Assembly: GCA_965240325.2 (NCBI GenBank)
Contig: OZ251233.1
Coordinates: 1,984,001-2,048,000, forward strand
DNA length: 64,000 bases
Reading direction: 5' to 3'
DNA from: Rebecca billardiae RCC1528
Taxonomy: Eukaryota; Protista; Haptophyta
Both the position numbers and the translations under genes were made by a program. Below, one piece after another: positions 1 to 9,985 of this stretch. The first letter of the stretch is position 1. Every line of letters starts with the position of its first letter. The notes under the pieces are model-generated. The model saw only the letters and a program-made list of their open reading frames with translations. It did no database searches and was not told where the DNA came from.

Positions 1-1
1 G

Positions 2-1846
2 TGCCTCACGCGCGTGTGGTGCCTGTACGAGTGCGTGCAGTGCACGCTGCAGTCGATCCCGTTCGACCTGACGATCGCGCCGGACGACCGCGGCGCGCTG
101 CAGCGCGCGCTCCGCCGCGACCTCGCCGCGGTCCAGGCCTCCCTCGGCTCGTTCGACGCGCGCACCGCGCAGGCGTCCGTCGAGGACGACCGGCGCATGA
201 TCTTTGAGCTGATCCGCGAGGCCTTCGCTCAGCGCGTGGACGGGCTGGGGCCGGGCGCGGACGAGTTCGACGCGTTCAACGCGAGCGTGCGGCACGCGGT
301 GCGCACGGCCCTCGCCGGCTTCTCGTGGCCCGACGCCACGCCGGCCACGCGCCGGCTGAAGGGCACCGTCTCCGCCGCGCCCTCGCCGCGCAAGGGGCGC
401 TCCCCCGAGCAGCGCGAGCATCGGTTTCTGCCGCTCTCGCGCGCGCACTCGTCGACGGACCTGGGCAGCGGCGCGCTCCCGCGGCCTGCGTTGCGTCGGC
501 CCCGAGGCGTCACGTCCGACGTGCCGAGCTTCGACCGCTCCAGCCCGCGTGATGCCGGCGGCTCGGGCGAGCCCGAGGACGGCGAGCAGCCGACGCCGGG
601 CGCCGGGAGCGGCGGTTTGCGCAGCAGGTCCAGCGCGGCGCCGCGCGCATCCGCGGGCGACAACCCGGCGGCCGTGACGGCGCGCGGCGTGCACCCGCAG
701 ACCACGATGCTGAACAGCCGCCTCAGCCGCCGCAGCCGCCGCAGCCGCCCCTCGGCCGACGCTCACTCCGCGCTGCCGGCCGACGCCCCCAAGGCGCACA
801 GCGCAAGCTGGTCGCCCGCCGCGCGGGGTACCAATCATCACTGGCTGCGGACCAGTCGGCTGCTGGCGCGCGGCGCGAGCCCCAAGCCGCCCGCCTGGCA
901 GCGAGCGGCCTCGGTGCAGCCTGTGTCGGTCGCCGACGCGCTGCGCGCGGGCACGGCGCAGGCGCTCGGCGGCCCGCGCCGATCGAGGCGCGCGCTGCGC
1001 AACCTCAACGGTCTCTTCAGCTCGAGCGGCAGCGCGCAGGGCGCGGGCGAGGCCGAGGGTGGCGCGTCGCCGACGCCCGCGCAGCCGACGCCGGCCCCGC
1101 CCGACGCTCAGGAGGGCGGCGGCGCGGGCGCTCGGGGCGGAGCGCTGCCCGCGCAGCCGGGCGCCGCCGCCGGCGCGCCGCCCGCCGCACCCCTTACGAC
1201 CGGCCGAGACTCGAGCTCCTTCTCGCCGCTCTTCAACCGGCTCGTGCGCGAACCGGCCGCGGGCGGCGGCGCGGGCGCGGGCGCGGGCGTTCACTCGCCC
1301 TCGTGGCTGAGGCCGCGGGGCGAGTCGCGGCAGGAATCGCCCATGTTTGCTCGGCGGCGCGAGTCGGGCGGGGTCGGCGCCGCGAGCGCGGGCGTTCACT
1401 CGCCCTCGTGGCTGAGGCCACGGCGCGAGTCGCGGCAGGAGTCGCCCATGTTTGCTCGGCGGCGCGAGTCGGGCGGGGTCGGCGCCTCCGAGTCGGGCGC
1501 GATCGGCGCCTCCGAGCGCTCGGAGCGCCTCACCGAGCTGGTCATGCCGCTCGGCTCAGGCGGCTGGTCGCCCAAGTCTGCGCGGCGGCGTGAGCACGCC
1601 ACTGCCGGCGAGGCGGGCGAGGCCTCGTCGGCGCACTTCTCGTGCTTCGCCGGCGAGCCGTTCGACGATCAGCAGCACACGCCGCTGGCCGCGAGCCTGC
1701 CGCCTACGCCACCCGACGACGGCACCAGCGCTGAGTCTGAGCCGCACCCGCCCTTCTTCGCCTCCGAGGCGGCCGCGGGGGCTTCCCGCGAGGCGCAGCT
1801 CAGCAGGGTGTCTGAGGCCTCGCGCTGCGAGGCCTCAGACACGTGA
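2..1846 (+). CDS. 5'-truncated gene: conserved 'TRxWCxYE...DARxAxAS...DRxxI...F..FN..VR' domain (possibly TIR/HET-like) followed by a long disordered Ser/Arg/Pro tail
   Basis: The frame is open from base 2 (CLTRVWCLYECVQ...) to TGA at 1844-1846. The first ~105 aa look globular and match a motif pattern I recall from algal/protist TPR- and LRR-associated proteins. The remainder is low-complexity. The start lies outside the window. Confidence 0.65.
   Translation, partial: CLTRVWCLYECVQCTLQSIPFDLTIAPDDRGALQRALRRDLAAVQASLGSFDARTAQASVEDDRRMIFELIREAFAQRVDGLGPGADEFDAFNASVRHAVRTALAGFSWPDATPATRRLKGTVSAAPSPRKGRSPEQREHRFLPLSRAHSSTDLGSGALPRPALRRPRGVTSDVPSFDRSSPRDAGGSGEPEDGEQPTPGAGSGGLRSRSSAAPRASAGDNPAAVTARGVHPQTTMLNSRLSRRSRRSRPSADAHSALPADAPKAHSASWSPAARGTNHHWLRTSRLLARGASPKPPAWQRAASVQPVSVADALRAGTAQALGGPRRSRRALRNLNGLFSSSGSAQGAGEAEGGASPTPAQPTPAPPDAQEGGGAGARGGALPAQPGAAAGAPPAAPLTTGRDSSSFSPLFNRLVREPAAGGGAGAGAGVHSPSWLRPRGESRQESPMFARRRESGGVGAASAGVHSPSWLRPRRESRQESPMFARRRESGGVGASESGAIGASERSERLTELVMPLGSGGWSPKSARRREHATAGEAGEASSAHFSCFAGEPFDDQQHTPLAASLPPTPPDDGTSAESEPHPPFFASEAAAGASREAQLSRVSEASRCEASDT
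1285..1485 (+). repeat. Intragenic tandem duplication (~105-nt period) encoding GVHSPSWLRPRxESRQESPMFARRRESGGVGA twice
   Basis: Two near-identical copies are visible in both DNA and translation. Confidence 0.9.
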
Positions 1847-2723
1847 GACGCACCTTAGGCTCCGTCCCGCGACTAGTCGACATCGCCCGTCAGTCGTCGA
1901 GTCGTCGATAACGGCGTCGTCCGCCGACGAAATACTGACGCCGTCCGAGGCGAGTATACATATATATATATATAGCGCACGAGGCCGGGGGGGGGGGGGG
2001 TCAGACGGCGGCGAGGAGCGCCACTGATGATCCTGGCCTAGGTCTGATGACGCTGCTCGTTGCGGTGTTAGCACATCATGTCTCGACCAAGTACTATGAG
2101 TCATGAGAGACCATCAAATGATCAATGCAGCAGCTTGCTGTCTACAAGCTGCTCACGAGCCGCTAATGGTGCTGGCATCACAATTATATTCGCGCATCAA
2201 GTTTTGACACAATAAGCTCAGACTCGACAGCATCGCCGACAGCGGCACACCGCACCCTGTCACAAGCCTAGCTACTGACAGTCGTCATCATCAGTGCGCA
2301 CTGTTAGTCTGTCACTCAGAGTCTGTCAGCACGGCCGAGCCCGAGTGATGACGGCGGGCCGCCGATTCTTGTAAGCGGCAGCTGATGCGCGGCCTGATGC
2401 TCGTCTCAGGCTCCCTCGTGACTCAGACGTGAGACGCGGCGCCGCGACGGCAGCTACTAGCTAGATGCCGCCGCGGCCCGAAGCGCCTTCCGGAGCACTT
2501 GGATAGCTGCTACAGCTTGCTGACTCTGACGCCTGCCCGTTGCATACCACGTCGTTAATATATATGTCGATATCGCGGGCGGATCGGTGCGCGACAGTGC
2601 GTACATACGTCTCGCTCGAACGTGCTCTGCCGCGTGCCTTGCCTCGGCGGGCGAGGCTGTGCGTTGATCGCGCTGACCGGCTACGCCCAGCCTCCGCCTC
2701 CTCGAGCAGCGCTGGGCGCGCGC

Positions 2724-4406
2724 CTACTCCTCCTCGTCTCCGTGCCCCACCCTCGCGCCGATCGCCTCGTCGAGCGCTCCGTACGCGCCGAGCAGCCGCG
2801 CCGGGTCGGCTTCGAGCGCGGCGTCGCACAGCGCCTCGAGCTGGCGCTCGTCGTCCAGCAGCGCGCGCGCGCAGAGCAGCAGGCGCCAGTCGAGGAGCAC
2901 GCCGTCGAGCGGCTCGGCCCGGCGCTCGCGCAGGTGCTCGCGCAGCTCGAGCACGTCGTCGTCGCTCGGCTCCGGCCGCTCGGCGCCGCCCACGTCCGGC
3001 TCGAACTGCGCGCCCAGCCAGCCGAGCGCGCGCGAGACGTTGAACACGCGCGTCACGAAGAACTCGACGGGCGCGGTGTCGTTCTCGAGCTTCTGGCGCG
3101 AGGCGGAGACGAAGCTCATGTTCGGCGCGGGGCGGAGGAGCTCGGGCCGCCCCTTCACCCCGGCGCGCAGCGCGCCCTTCCGCGCGAGCCCGACGCACGC
3201 GGGCGTAGGCTGATACACGTCGACGGCCGCGTCGTCTCGCTCCGGCGCGTCCGATTGGGCGGCGGCGGAGCGCGCCGTGAGCTTGCGCCCGCCGCGCTTG
3301 GGCTTGGGCGCGGCGCGCGGCTGCGCGTGCAGGAGCACGAGCGCGTGGCCCTCGCCGCCCTTCGCAACACGCCCCCCTTCCCGCCCGTCCTCCCACGCCG
3401 CCTGCAGCCTGGCGGCCGCGAGCACCTCAGCAGCGCTCAGCCGGAACTTGCGCGGCGCTCGCCCGACAATCACTCCCACGCGCTCGAGGCCGAGGTGGCG
3501 GGCGAGGGCGCGGGCGCCGGGCTCCTCGGCGAGCGCGTCGGGCGTGAGCGCCGCGCCGTCGTCCGCGCCCGCCTCCGCCTCCGCGCCGCGGTGCACGTGG
3601 ATCACGCTCACCTCGACGCCGCGCCGGCCGCGCGCGCCGAGCACGAACTGGCCGTAGAGTGTGCCGACGCGCGTGCGCGCAAAGCCGTCCGACGCGCACT
3701 CGCGCAGGAAGGCGGCGGCGGCCTCCTCGTCGACGACGACGTACGCGCACGCCGCGTCGGGCGGCGTCTCGAGCCGGATCTGCGAGCGCTCCTGCTCACG
3801 CACGAGGTCGTCGAGCGTGCGAGCCTTCTTGTCGCGGGGCCGCCTGCCGACGGCGGGCGGCGGCTGCGGCGCGGAAGCGGACGCGGCGGCCGAGCCGGCG
3901 GCGGGCGTCGGCACGGTGGACTGCGCGTACTCGAGCGCGACGAGCGAGCCGTGCCGCACGCCGCACGAGGCGAACGTCGCCGTGGGCGCGAGCTCCTCGC
4001 CCGGGCGGCCGGCGGCAGCCATCAGCCGGAGCGTCTGCTCCGCCTCCGGCACGCCCAGCTGGGCGTCGATGCACTTGCGCAGCGCGCCGACGGTCTGCGG
4101 CTCTGTGGCGGGTACGCTCACGCGGAACATGCCGTCGCGTGTGCGCACGCGCACGAGCGTGCCCTTCCCGCCGCCACCGTCGTCATCGTCGTCGTCGTCG
4201 TCGTCATCGTCGTCGTCGTCGTCGCCGTCGTCGTCTGCCCTCACATTAGCCCGGGCGTCGACCTGCACGCCGCCACGGGCATCCAAGAGTAGCCTGGACG
4301 CGACCAGGCGACTTGCTTGAGGCAGCCGGACGGCCTCTCGCGAACGGGCCGCGACGGCCGCGCCCAGCACGGCGAGAGCTGCCACGACGGCACGCGTCCA
4401 CGTCAT
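2724..4406 (-). CDS. NPL4: Npl4-family Cdc48/p97 cofactor (ubiquitin-like domain + MPN-like Npl4 domain) with an N-terminal signal peptide; candidate symbiont-specific sNpl4 of the SELMA machinery
   Basis: UBL start LVRVRTRDGMFRV...LGVPEAEQTL...CGVRHGSLV. TLDDLV, RVGTLYG, LGLERVGVI, LSAAEVLAAARL and PVEFFV follow the layout of plant-type NPL4-like proteins. The leader MTWTRAVVAALAVLGAAVAA is followed by an Arg-rich stretch ending LDARGG and a poly-Asp run. 560 aa, no intron needed. Confidence 0.8.
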   Translation of the reverse strand: MTWTRAVVAALAVLGAAVAARSREAVRLPQASRLVASRLLLDARGGVQVDARANVRADDDGDDDDDDDDDDDDDDDGGGGKGTLVRVRTRDGMFRVSVPATEPQTVGALRKCIDAQLGVPEAEQTLRLMAAAGRPGEELAPTATFASCGVRHGSLVALEYAQSTVPTPAAGSAAASASAPQPPPAVGRRPRDKKARTLDDLVREQERSQIRLETPPDAACAYVVVDEEAAAAFLRECASDGFARTRVGTLYGQFVLGARGRRGVEVSVIHVHRGAEAEAGADDGAALTPDALAEEPGARALARHLGLERVGVIVGRAPRKFRLSAAEVLAAARLQAAWEDGREGGRVAKGGEGHALVLLHAQPRAAPKPKRGGRKLTARSAAAQSDAPERDDAAVDVYQPTPACVGLARKGALRAGVKGRPELLRPAPNMSFVSASRQKLENDTAPVEFFVTRVFNVSRALGWLGAQFEPDVGGAERPEPSDDDVLELREHLRERRAEPLDGVLLDWRLLLCARALLDDERQLEALCDAALEADPARLLGAYGALDEAIGARVGHGDEEE

Positions 4407-4440
4407 TGCGCGCCGGTCAGTCTGAGTCAGTCAGGCCACG

Positions 4441-5205
4441 ATGGCGCACGCGCGCAGTTGGCGGGTGGTCCTGCGCGTCGGAACGATGGTGCCGGGCGTA
4501 TGCGCTGCGCTCATGGTGCCGGCGGTGCTGGGCGCGGCACTCGGCGCGGCGCCTCTCCCCCGGCCGGCCGCGAGCGCCATGATGCGCGTGCACCCGCACG
4601 CAGTCGTCATGTCGGGCAGCGCCGAGGCCGTGGAGCCGGAGCTGAGCCGGCCGCTCTTCCTCTCGCGGCTGAGTGGCCGGAAGGCGCACCGCGCGCACAT
4701 CGACGCGACGGAGGCGGAGTGCGAGGCGCTGGCGAAGCGCTTCGACCTGGAGGCCGTGCACGAGCTCGCAGCCGACGTGACAGTGCGCCGCACCCTCCTC
4801 GACAGCATCACGATCCGCGGCAACCTGACCGCGCTGATCGGCCAGGTGTGCGTCGTTTCGAACGAGCCGTTTGCTAACCCGGTCGCCGCCTCGTTCGCAT
4901 GCATCTTGCACGCGGACGAGTCGCGGATCTCCGAGGACGCGATCGCGAACGCGCTGGGCGAGGAGGAGGTGGTCGACGAGGACGTGCTCGACGACCCGGA
5001 GGTCCTCGACCTGGGTGAGGTCGTCGCGCAGTACCTGTACCTGAACGTCGATCAGTTCCCCAAGAAGCCGGGCTCGCGGTTCAAGCCGCCGCCGGGCGTG
5101 CGCGTCGTGCGCGAGGAGGACGTGCCCGGCGGCGGCGGGGATGAGGAGGGCTCGGCCACGTTCGGGAGCATGTTCCCCGATGTGCTGCCCGACGACCTGA
5201 GCTGA
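4441..5205 (+). CDS. DUF177/YceD-family protein (large ribosomal subunit accumulation), probably plastid-targeted
   Basis: IDATEAECEALAKRFDL, GxLTAxIxQxCVVSNEPF and LDLGEVVAQYLYL..DQFPKKPG are alphaproteobacterial/plastid DUF177-type motifs. Hydrophobic leader (LMVPAVLGAALGA) followed by a transit-like segment. The true start may be ATG 4486 or 4513. Confidence 0.8.
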   Translation: MAHARSWRVVLRVGTMVPGVCAALMVPAVLGAALGAAPLPRPAASAMMRVHPHAVVMSGSAEAVEPELSRPLFLSRLSGRKAHRAHIDATEAECEALAKRFDLEAVHELAADVTVRRTLLDSITIRGNLTALIGQVCVVSNEPFANPVAASFACILHADESRISEDAIANALGEEEVVDEDVLDDPEVLDLGEVVAQYLYLNVDQFPKKPGSRFKPPPGVRVVREEDVPGGGGDEEGSATFGSMFPDVLPDDLS

Positions 5206-6053
5206 GCCCTGCCCTCGGCACTCCCTCGCTGCTCGGCTGCGGCAGGCTGCGGTTGCGGCGCTGCACGGGCTGACACGAAAGTGACGACGAACTACGATTC
5301 GGCGCTCGTCGATATTGCGAGCTGCATCGTCATCGCGGCGCATTGGCCGCGCATGCTGCGCTCAATCATCAGCATCGTGAGCGCGCGCATCATGCGCGCA
5401 GCATATACGTCGAAAGTCAGCAGCCAGCCCGCCCGCGCCCGTGCCGAGCAGGCTGCTACGGTGCCATCAGTCATCACTGCTGGCGGTGCGGCGGCTTGGC
5501 GCGGACCGATGACGCTTATTATCGCGCGCTGCGCTTTACATCAGATCAGAGTCGGCAGTCGTGGACGCCAGTGCCCGCCCAGACACACCCCAGACATCAT
5601 CATGCACAGTGCGGCCGCCGCACGTGATCGAATACTACTAACCGTCCGGTTGAAACTCGAATATAGTCGTACGTACGTCGTACGTACGTATAGTCGCGCG
5701 CGCGCAATGCTGCGCATCGTCATGACGGTCTGTGTCACTCATCATGACTATGTTATTACGACAGTTATTATTATGATATATATATATATATATATCGTCG
5801 ACGATCACGCGACGATCTGACAGCAGCTAGTCGCGTCCGAGCCGTCGTCCGACTGGAGTGTCTGGAGACGGAGTCTCAGTGAGTCAGTCTGGACGATCCG
5901 CGTCGCCCGGCGGCCCGAACTTTACGACTCGGCAGCGGAGATCCGGATGACGCCGCGCCGCGACTCTGCGCAGACTGCAGATCTATATAAGATTCATCAC
6001 GCGACACGATCAGTAGAGTGCGTGCACGGCCAGCACCGGGCTGATGAGCGCGG

Positions 6054-6927
6054 CTACGATGCGGCCCCGGCCCCGGGCACGGTTTGCTCCGCGCTCGCAT
6101 GTGCACGGCTGCTGGCGCTGCCGTCGGCGGTGCTCCAGAGATGCTCGCGCAGCGCGTGGTGCGCGCGCACGCCCGCGCGCGAGACGCAGCGCTCGCAGCG
6201 CTCGCCCTCGCACGCGCACAGCCTGCCCTGCACGCCCAGCTCCGCCACCGCCGGCCGCGCCGGGCCGGGGGGCTCGAGCAGAAGGTCTGCTGACTCGCGC
6301 TCGGCCCAGCTCGCCCAGCCGCGGCGCAGCGCGTCGAGCGCGCTCGCGCCCAGCCAGCGCGCGTCGACGACGTGCGAAAGCTGCTGCTCCGAACGATCCG
6401 CCGCCTTCCGCTCCCACGCCGAGTCCACCTCCGAGTCGAGGAGCGGGCTCATCGTGTTGCCCGCGCTCAGGTAGCGTCGGGAAAGGGCGTCCAGCGCCGA
6501 GCGCACGGCCTCGTCCTGCGCCTCGCCGCCTGCCCACGCCGTGTAGCCCCTGCGGCGGCGGCGCGCGGCGCGCGTGCGGGCGAGGCGGGCGGCGCCGGCG
6601 AGAGGGGGGAGTCGTCCGCTGCTCAGCCGGCGGGGCGGCGGCACCAGTCTGAAGCCCGCGGTGGCGGCGCCGCGCGCGCGAGCGGGCGCCGAGGGCGCTT
6701 AGCACGGCGCGCGCGCGCGCGGCGCGGCGCGGCGGCGCGCTCGGTGCCGCACCGCAGGCTGAGAACGCGCAGCGTGCGGTTGGTGTGCAGTGCGCGCGCG
6801 AGCACGTCGGCTGAGCCATCGCTGAGCAGCTGCCCGATCCCGTCGACGGAGCCGAGGGGCACCCGTGAGAGGAAGGAGCCCGAGTGAGTCTTGCCCAGCT
6901 GGCCCAGCTGCGCGCCGCTGACGCCGC

Positions 6928-6973
<46 letters not shown>

Positions 6974-9148
6974 CTGGCCCGCCGGCCCGCTCGGGGGCGG
7001 CGCGCACCCGTCCGCGCGCAGCTCGAGCAGGGAGGTGTTCTCGCGCAGCGCGCGCGCGAGCTTGCACCCGCTGTCCCACCCGAGCACGCAGTGGCTCAGG
7101 TCGAGCGACGTGAGCAGTGCGTGAGGCCCCGCCAGCGCGTCGGCGAGCGCGCCGAGCGTGCCGCGAGCGTCTGCCCAGCAGCGGTCGAGGGGCAGCATGG
7201 CGGCCGCGGCCGCGGCCGGTGCGCCGCGGCTCGCGCCGCCGGCGGCGCGCGGGTCCAGCGAGAGGTGGCGCAGGGCCGCGCTGCCGCGCACCAGCGCGCC
7301 GAGCGCGCGCGCGCACACCTCGCGCCGGCCGTGGTCATCGCCCGCCCAGACGGCCGCGGGCGAGTCGCCGAGCGCGGCGGCGAGCGCAGGGCCCAGCTCG
7401 AGCCGCTCCGCCGCCAGCAGATCCCTCACGCCCAGCCCGGCCGCCTCCGCCAGCGCGCCCAGGTCCACCTCCTCCGCCGTGCTCAGGCTGGGCCGCGGCG
7501 CGTGCGCGAGTGTGAACCCAGGGTTGGGGCGCGGAGGCGGCGGCGGCGCGCTTGCCGACGGGCGCCGGGGGCGCGCGGCGCCGGCCTCGGCAGCTGCCGT
7601 CGGCGGCGACGCGGGCGGCTTGGGCGGAGGCGATGGCTGCGGCGGCGGCGGCTGCCGCTGCGACGGCGGCTGCGGCGGCGGCGGCGGCTGCTGCGCCGGC
7701 GGCGGCGACTGCGGCTGCGGCTGCGGCTGCGGCTGCGGCTGCGGCTGCGGCTGCGGCTGCGGCTGCGGCTGCGGCTGCGGCTGCGGCTGCGGCGGCAACG
7801 GCGGAGCATGGCGCGGCTGCGCACCCGCGTGCTCCACCGCGCGCATGCGTGACTCGAGCGTCTTCGCCTGGTCGCGCAGCGCGTGCACCGCCACTGCCAC
7901 CTCCGCCCCGCCCTCGTGCGCCGCGCGCAGCGCCGCCACCTCCTCGAGAAGCCGGCCGTGCTGCGAGCTCAGCGCCTTCTGCTGAGCGTGCAGCTGCGCC
8001 TGCTGCTGGGCCAGAGCGCGCGCGTGCGCGTCCGCGTGGAGCTGCTGCCGGCTGGCCTCCTCCACGGCGGCGCTGCGGGCGAGCGCCTTGAGCTGCTCGA
8101 GCTGCTCGCCGCGCCGCTGCTCCAGCTCGAGCCGCAGCTCCGCGCCCAGCTGCGCCGCCGCCTGCGCCTCGGCGCGCGCGCGGTCGGCGCGCCCGTTGGC
8201 TGAGTGAGCGTCCGCCGCGGCGCTCTGTGCGTACTGCTGCATCCGCTCGAGCTGCTCGGCACACGTCGCCACCTTGGGCTCGAGCGCGGCGAGGCGGGCC
8301 TCGAGGGCGGACACCCGCGCCGCGAGCCCGACGGCTTCCTCCGCCGAGACCGGCGCGGCCGCGGCCGCGGCCGCCAGGGCGCGCGCACTCGCCGCCGCCT
8401 CCGCCGCCGGGGCGCTGGCCGGCGCGGCGGCGGAGGCGGCCGGCGCGTGGAGCGGGCGAGCCCCGCCGCCGGCGCCGTGCCCGCCGTGGATGATCAGCCC
8501 GCCGAGCACCGCCGCCGTCTCCAGCGTGTGCACGCGGTTGCGCAGCGCGCGGATCTCCCGAGACAGGTCGGCGCGCGACGGGCTGAGCGCTCCCGTGCTT
8601 GCGGCCGCGCGGTGAAGCTCGGGCAGCAGGCTGCGCGCGCTCTCGCCCTCGTGAAGCCGCGGCGGCGCGCCGCGCGCGGCGAGGCCGCTCTCCACCTCCA
8701 GCGTGAGCATCCGCGCGGCGAGCGCCGCCTGGTCCGTCGCCAGCCGCGCGAGCCCGCTGTCGAACGCCGCGCGCCCCTCTCTGAGCACGCGCTCGGCGAG
8801 CTCGAGCCGATCGTCGATGATGCGCTCGAGCGAGAGCTGGTCGACGGCGTGGCTGCCCTCGAGCGCCTTGTCGAGGGTGCGCTCGTGCACGTGCGCCGCG
8901 ATGCCCGCGCGCACCACGCTCATCTCCGACGCCGAGGCCGCGCGGCCAAAGCCCGGGTGCCGGGCTGCCTGCTCGGTAGCGCGCGGCGACGAGAGCCGAG
9001 GGCTCGCGACGTTGGAGGCACGGCGCGCGGTCGCGCCGGCGGTGATCGTGCGCATCGACGAGGGCTCCACGCTGCGGACCTGCGCCGACTTGTACTCCTG
9101 CCCATGCACGTACGGCCGACCCGCGGCGACGTCGCGCGGGCGTGACAT
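6054..9148 (-). CDS. Coiled-coil + Pro/Gln-rich linker + RNI-like leucine-rich-repeat protein (~963 aa, 2 exons)
   Basis: Exons 9148-6753 and 6549-6054, intron GTGCGG...GCAG (203 nt), and the frame closes. LRR motifs: LRHLSL, LTSLDLSHC, LARALRENTSLLELRA, LARALHTNRTLRVLSL. Long Glu/Gln/Ala heptad region. An alternative in-frame acceptor exists at 6649. Confidence 0.7.
7708..7792. repeat. (GCGGCT)n hexamer microsatellite encoding a poly-(Gln-Pro) tract
   Basis: Perfect tandem GCGGCT units. The minus strand reads PQPQPQ... Confidence 0.95.
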
Positions 9149-9247
9149 GATGGCGGTCGGGCCCGCGCGGCGCGCAGCCCGGAGCCCCGGACTCGTCTCT
9201 GATTCTCGCGTACGATAATCGTAACGACGATCTCGCGAACAGGCACG

Positions 9248-9595
9248 ATGGGCGCATGCGTGGGCGTGGCCGGCGAGGTGGAGGCGCTGGAGAAGGGAGA
9301 GATCCTCACGGAGGAGGAGCCGGGCAAGTGGGCTGGGAAGCAGGGCGGGCACGTGCCGAAGGCATCCAAGGAGGGCGACAAGCTCGTCGTCAAGGTCGAG
9401 CACGGCATGGCCGCCGAGCACTGGATCCAATTCATCTGGTGCCGCAGCAAGGCCGGCAAGCTGCTCGGGGCAGTCAAGCTCAAGCACACGGACAAGCCTG
9501 AGCTCGAGCTCAAGCTGCCCGCCGGGGTCGACGCGGTCATCTGCTATGAGAGCTGCAACCTGCACGGCGTCTGGAAGAAGGAGGTCGCCTTGTAG
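9248..9595 (+). CDS. sor: Superoxide reductase (1Fe-SOR / neelaredoxin / desulfoferrodoxin C-terminal domain)
   Basis: The full Fe[4His-Cys] ligand set is present: HVP, HGMAAEHWIQFIW, YESCNLHGVW. 115 aa with strong codon bias. No N-terminal desulforedoxin CxxC domain. Confidence 0.9.
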   Translation: MGACVGVAGEVEALEKGEILTEEEPGKWAGKQGGHVPKASKEGDKLVVKVEHGMAAEHWIQFIWCRSKAGKLLGAVKLKHTDKPELELKLPAGVDAVICYESCNLHGVWKKEVAL

Positions 9596-9985
9596 AGCGG
9601 GCGGCCGCTGGTGGCGCGGCCGCCGTCGGCCCGTCGCGCCGGTGAGCACTGCACAGTCCTGTGGACGGCCGAGTCCGGGCGCTGAGGCGGATACCTGCAG
9701 GCAGTACGCGGCAGCTCGCGGAGCACGCCGAAGGGAAAGAAGCAATCCATCGGCGCCGGGGGCGGGCAGCACGGGCTGGCTGCTGCTGCTCTGAATCGTA
9801 CGGGCACAGACGGTCGCCTGCCAGTGCCGACAGAGCCGCGGCGATGACGACGATTTACGTGTGCGCGCGTGACGACGTAATATCATGCGCAGCAGTCATC
9901 GTGAAGTCATCATCCGCCTGTGGCTGTATTAGTCCGTCGTAGGAGATCCGAGAAGTGGCAGCCTCAGCAGCAGTGCCAGCAGTCG

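Noticed and set aside
9149-9886. N-terminal extension of ORF 6623..9886
   Set aside because: It is antisense to the SOR gene and starts at a non-ATG codon. ATG 9148 is the plausible start.
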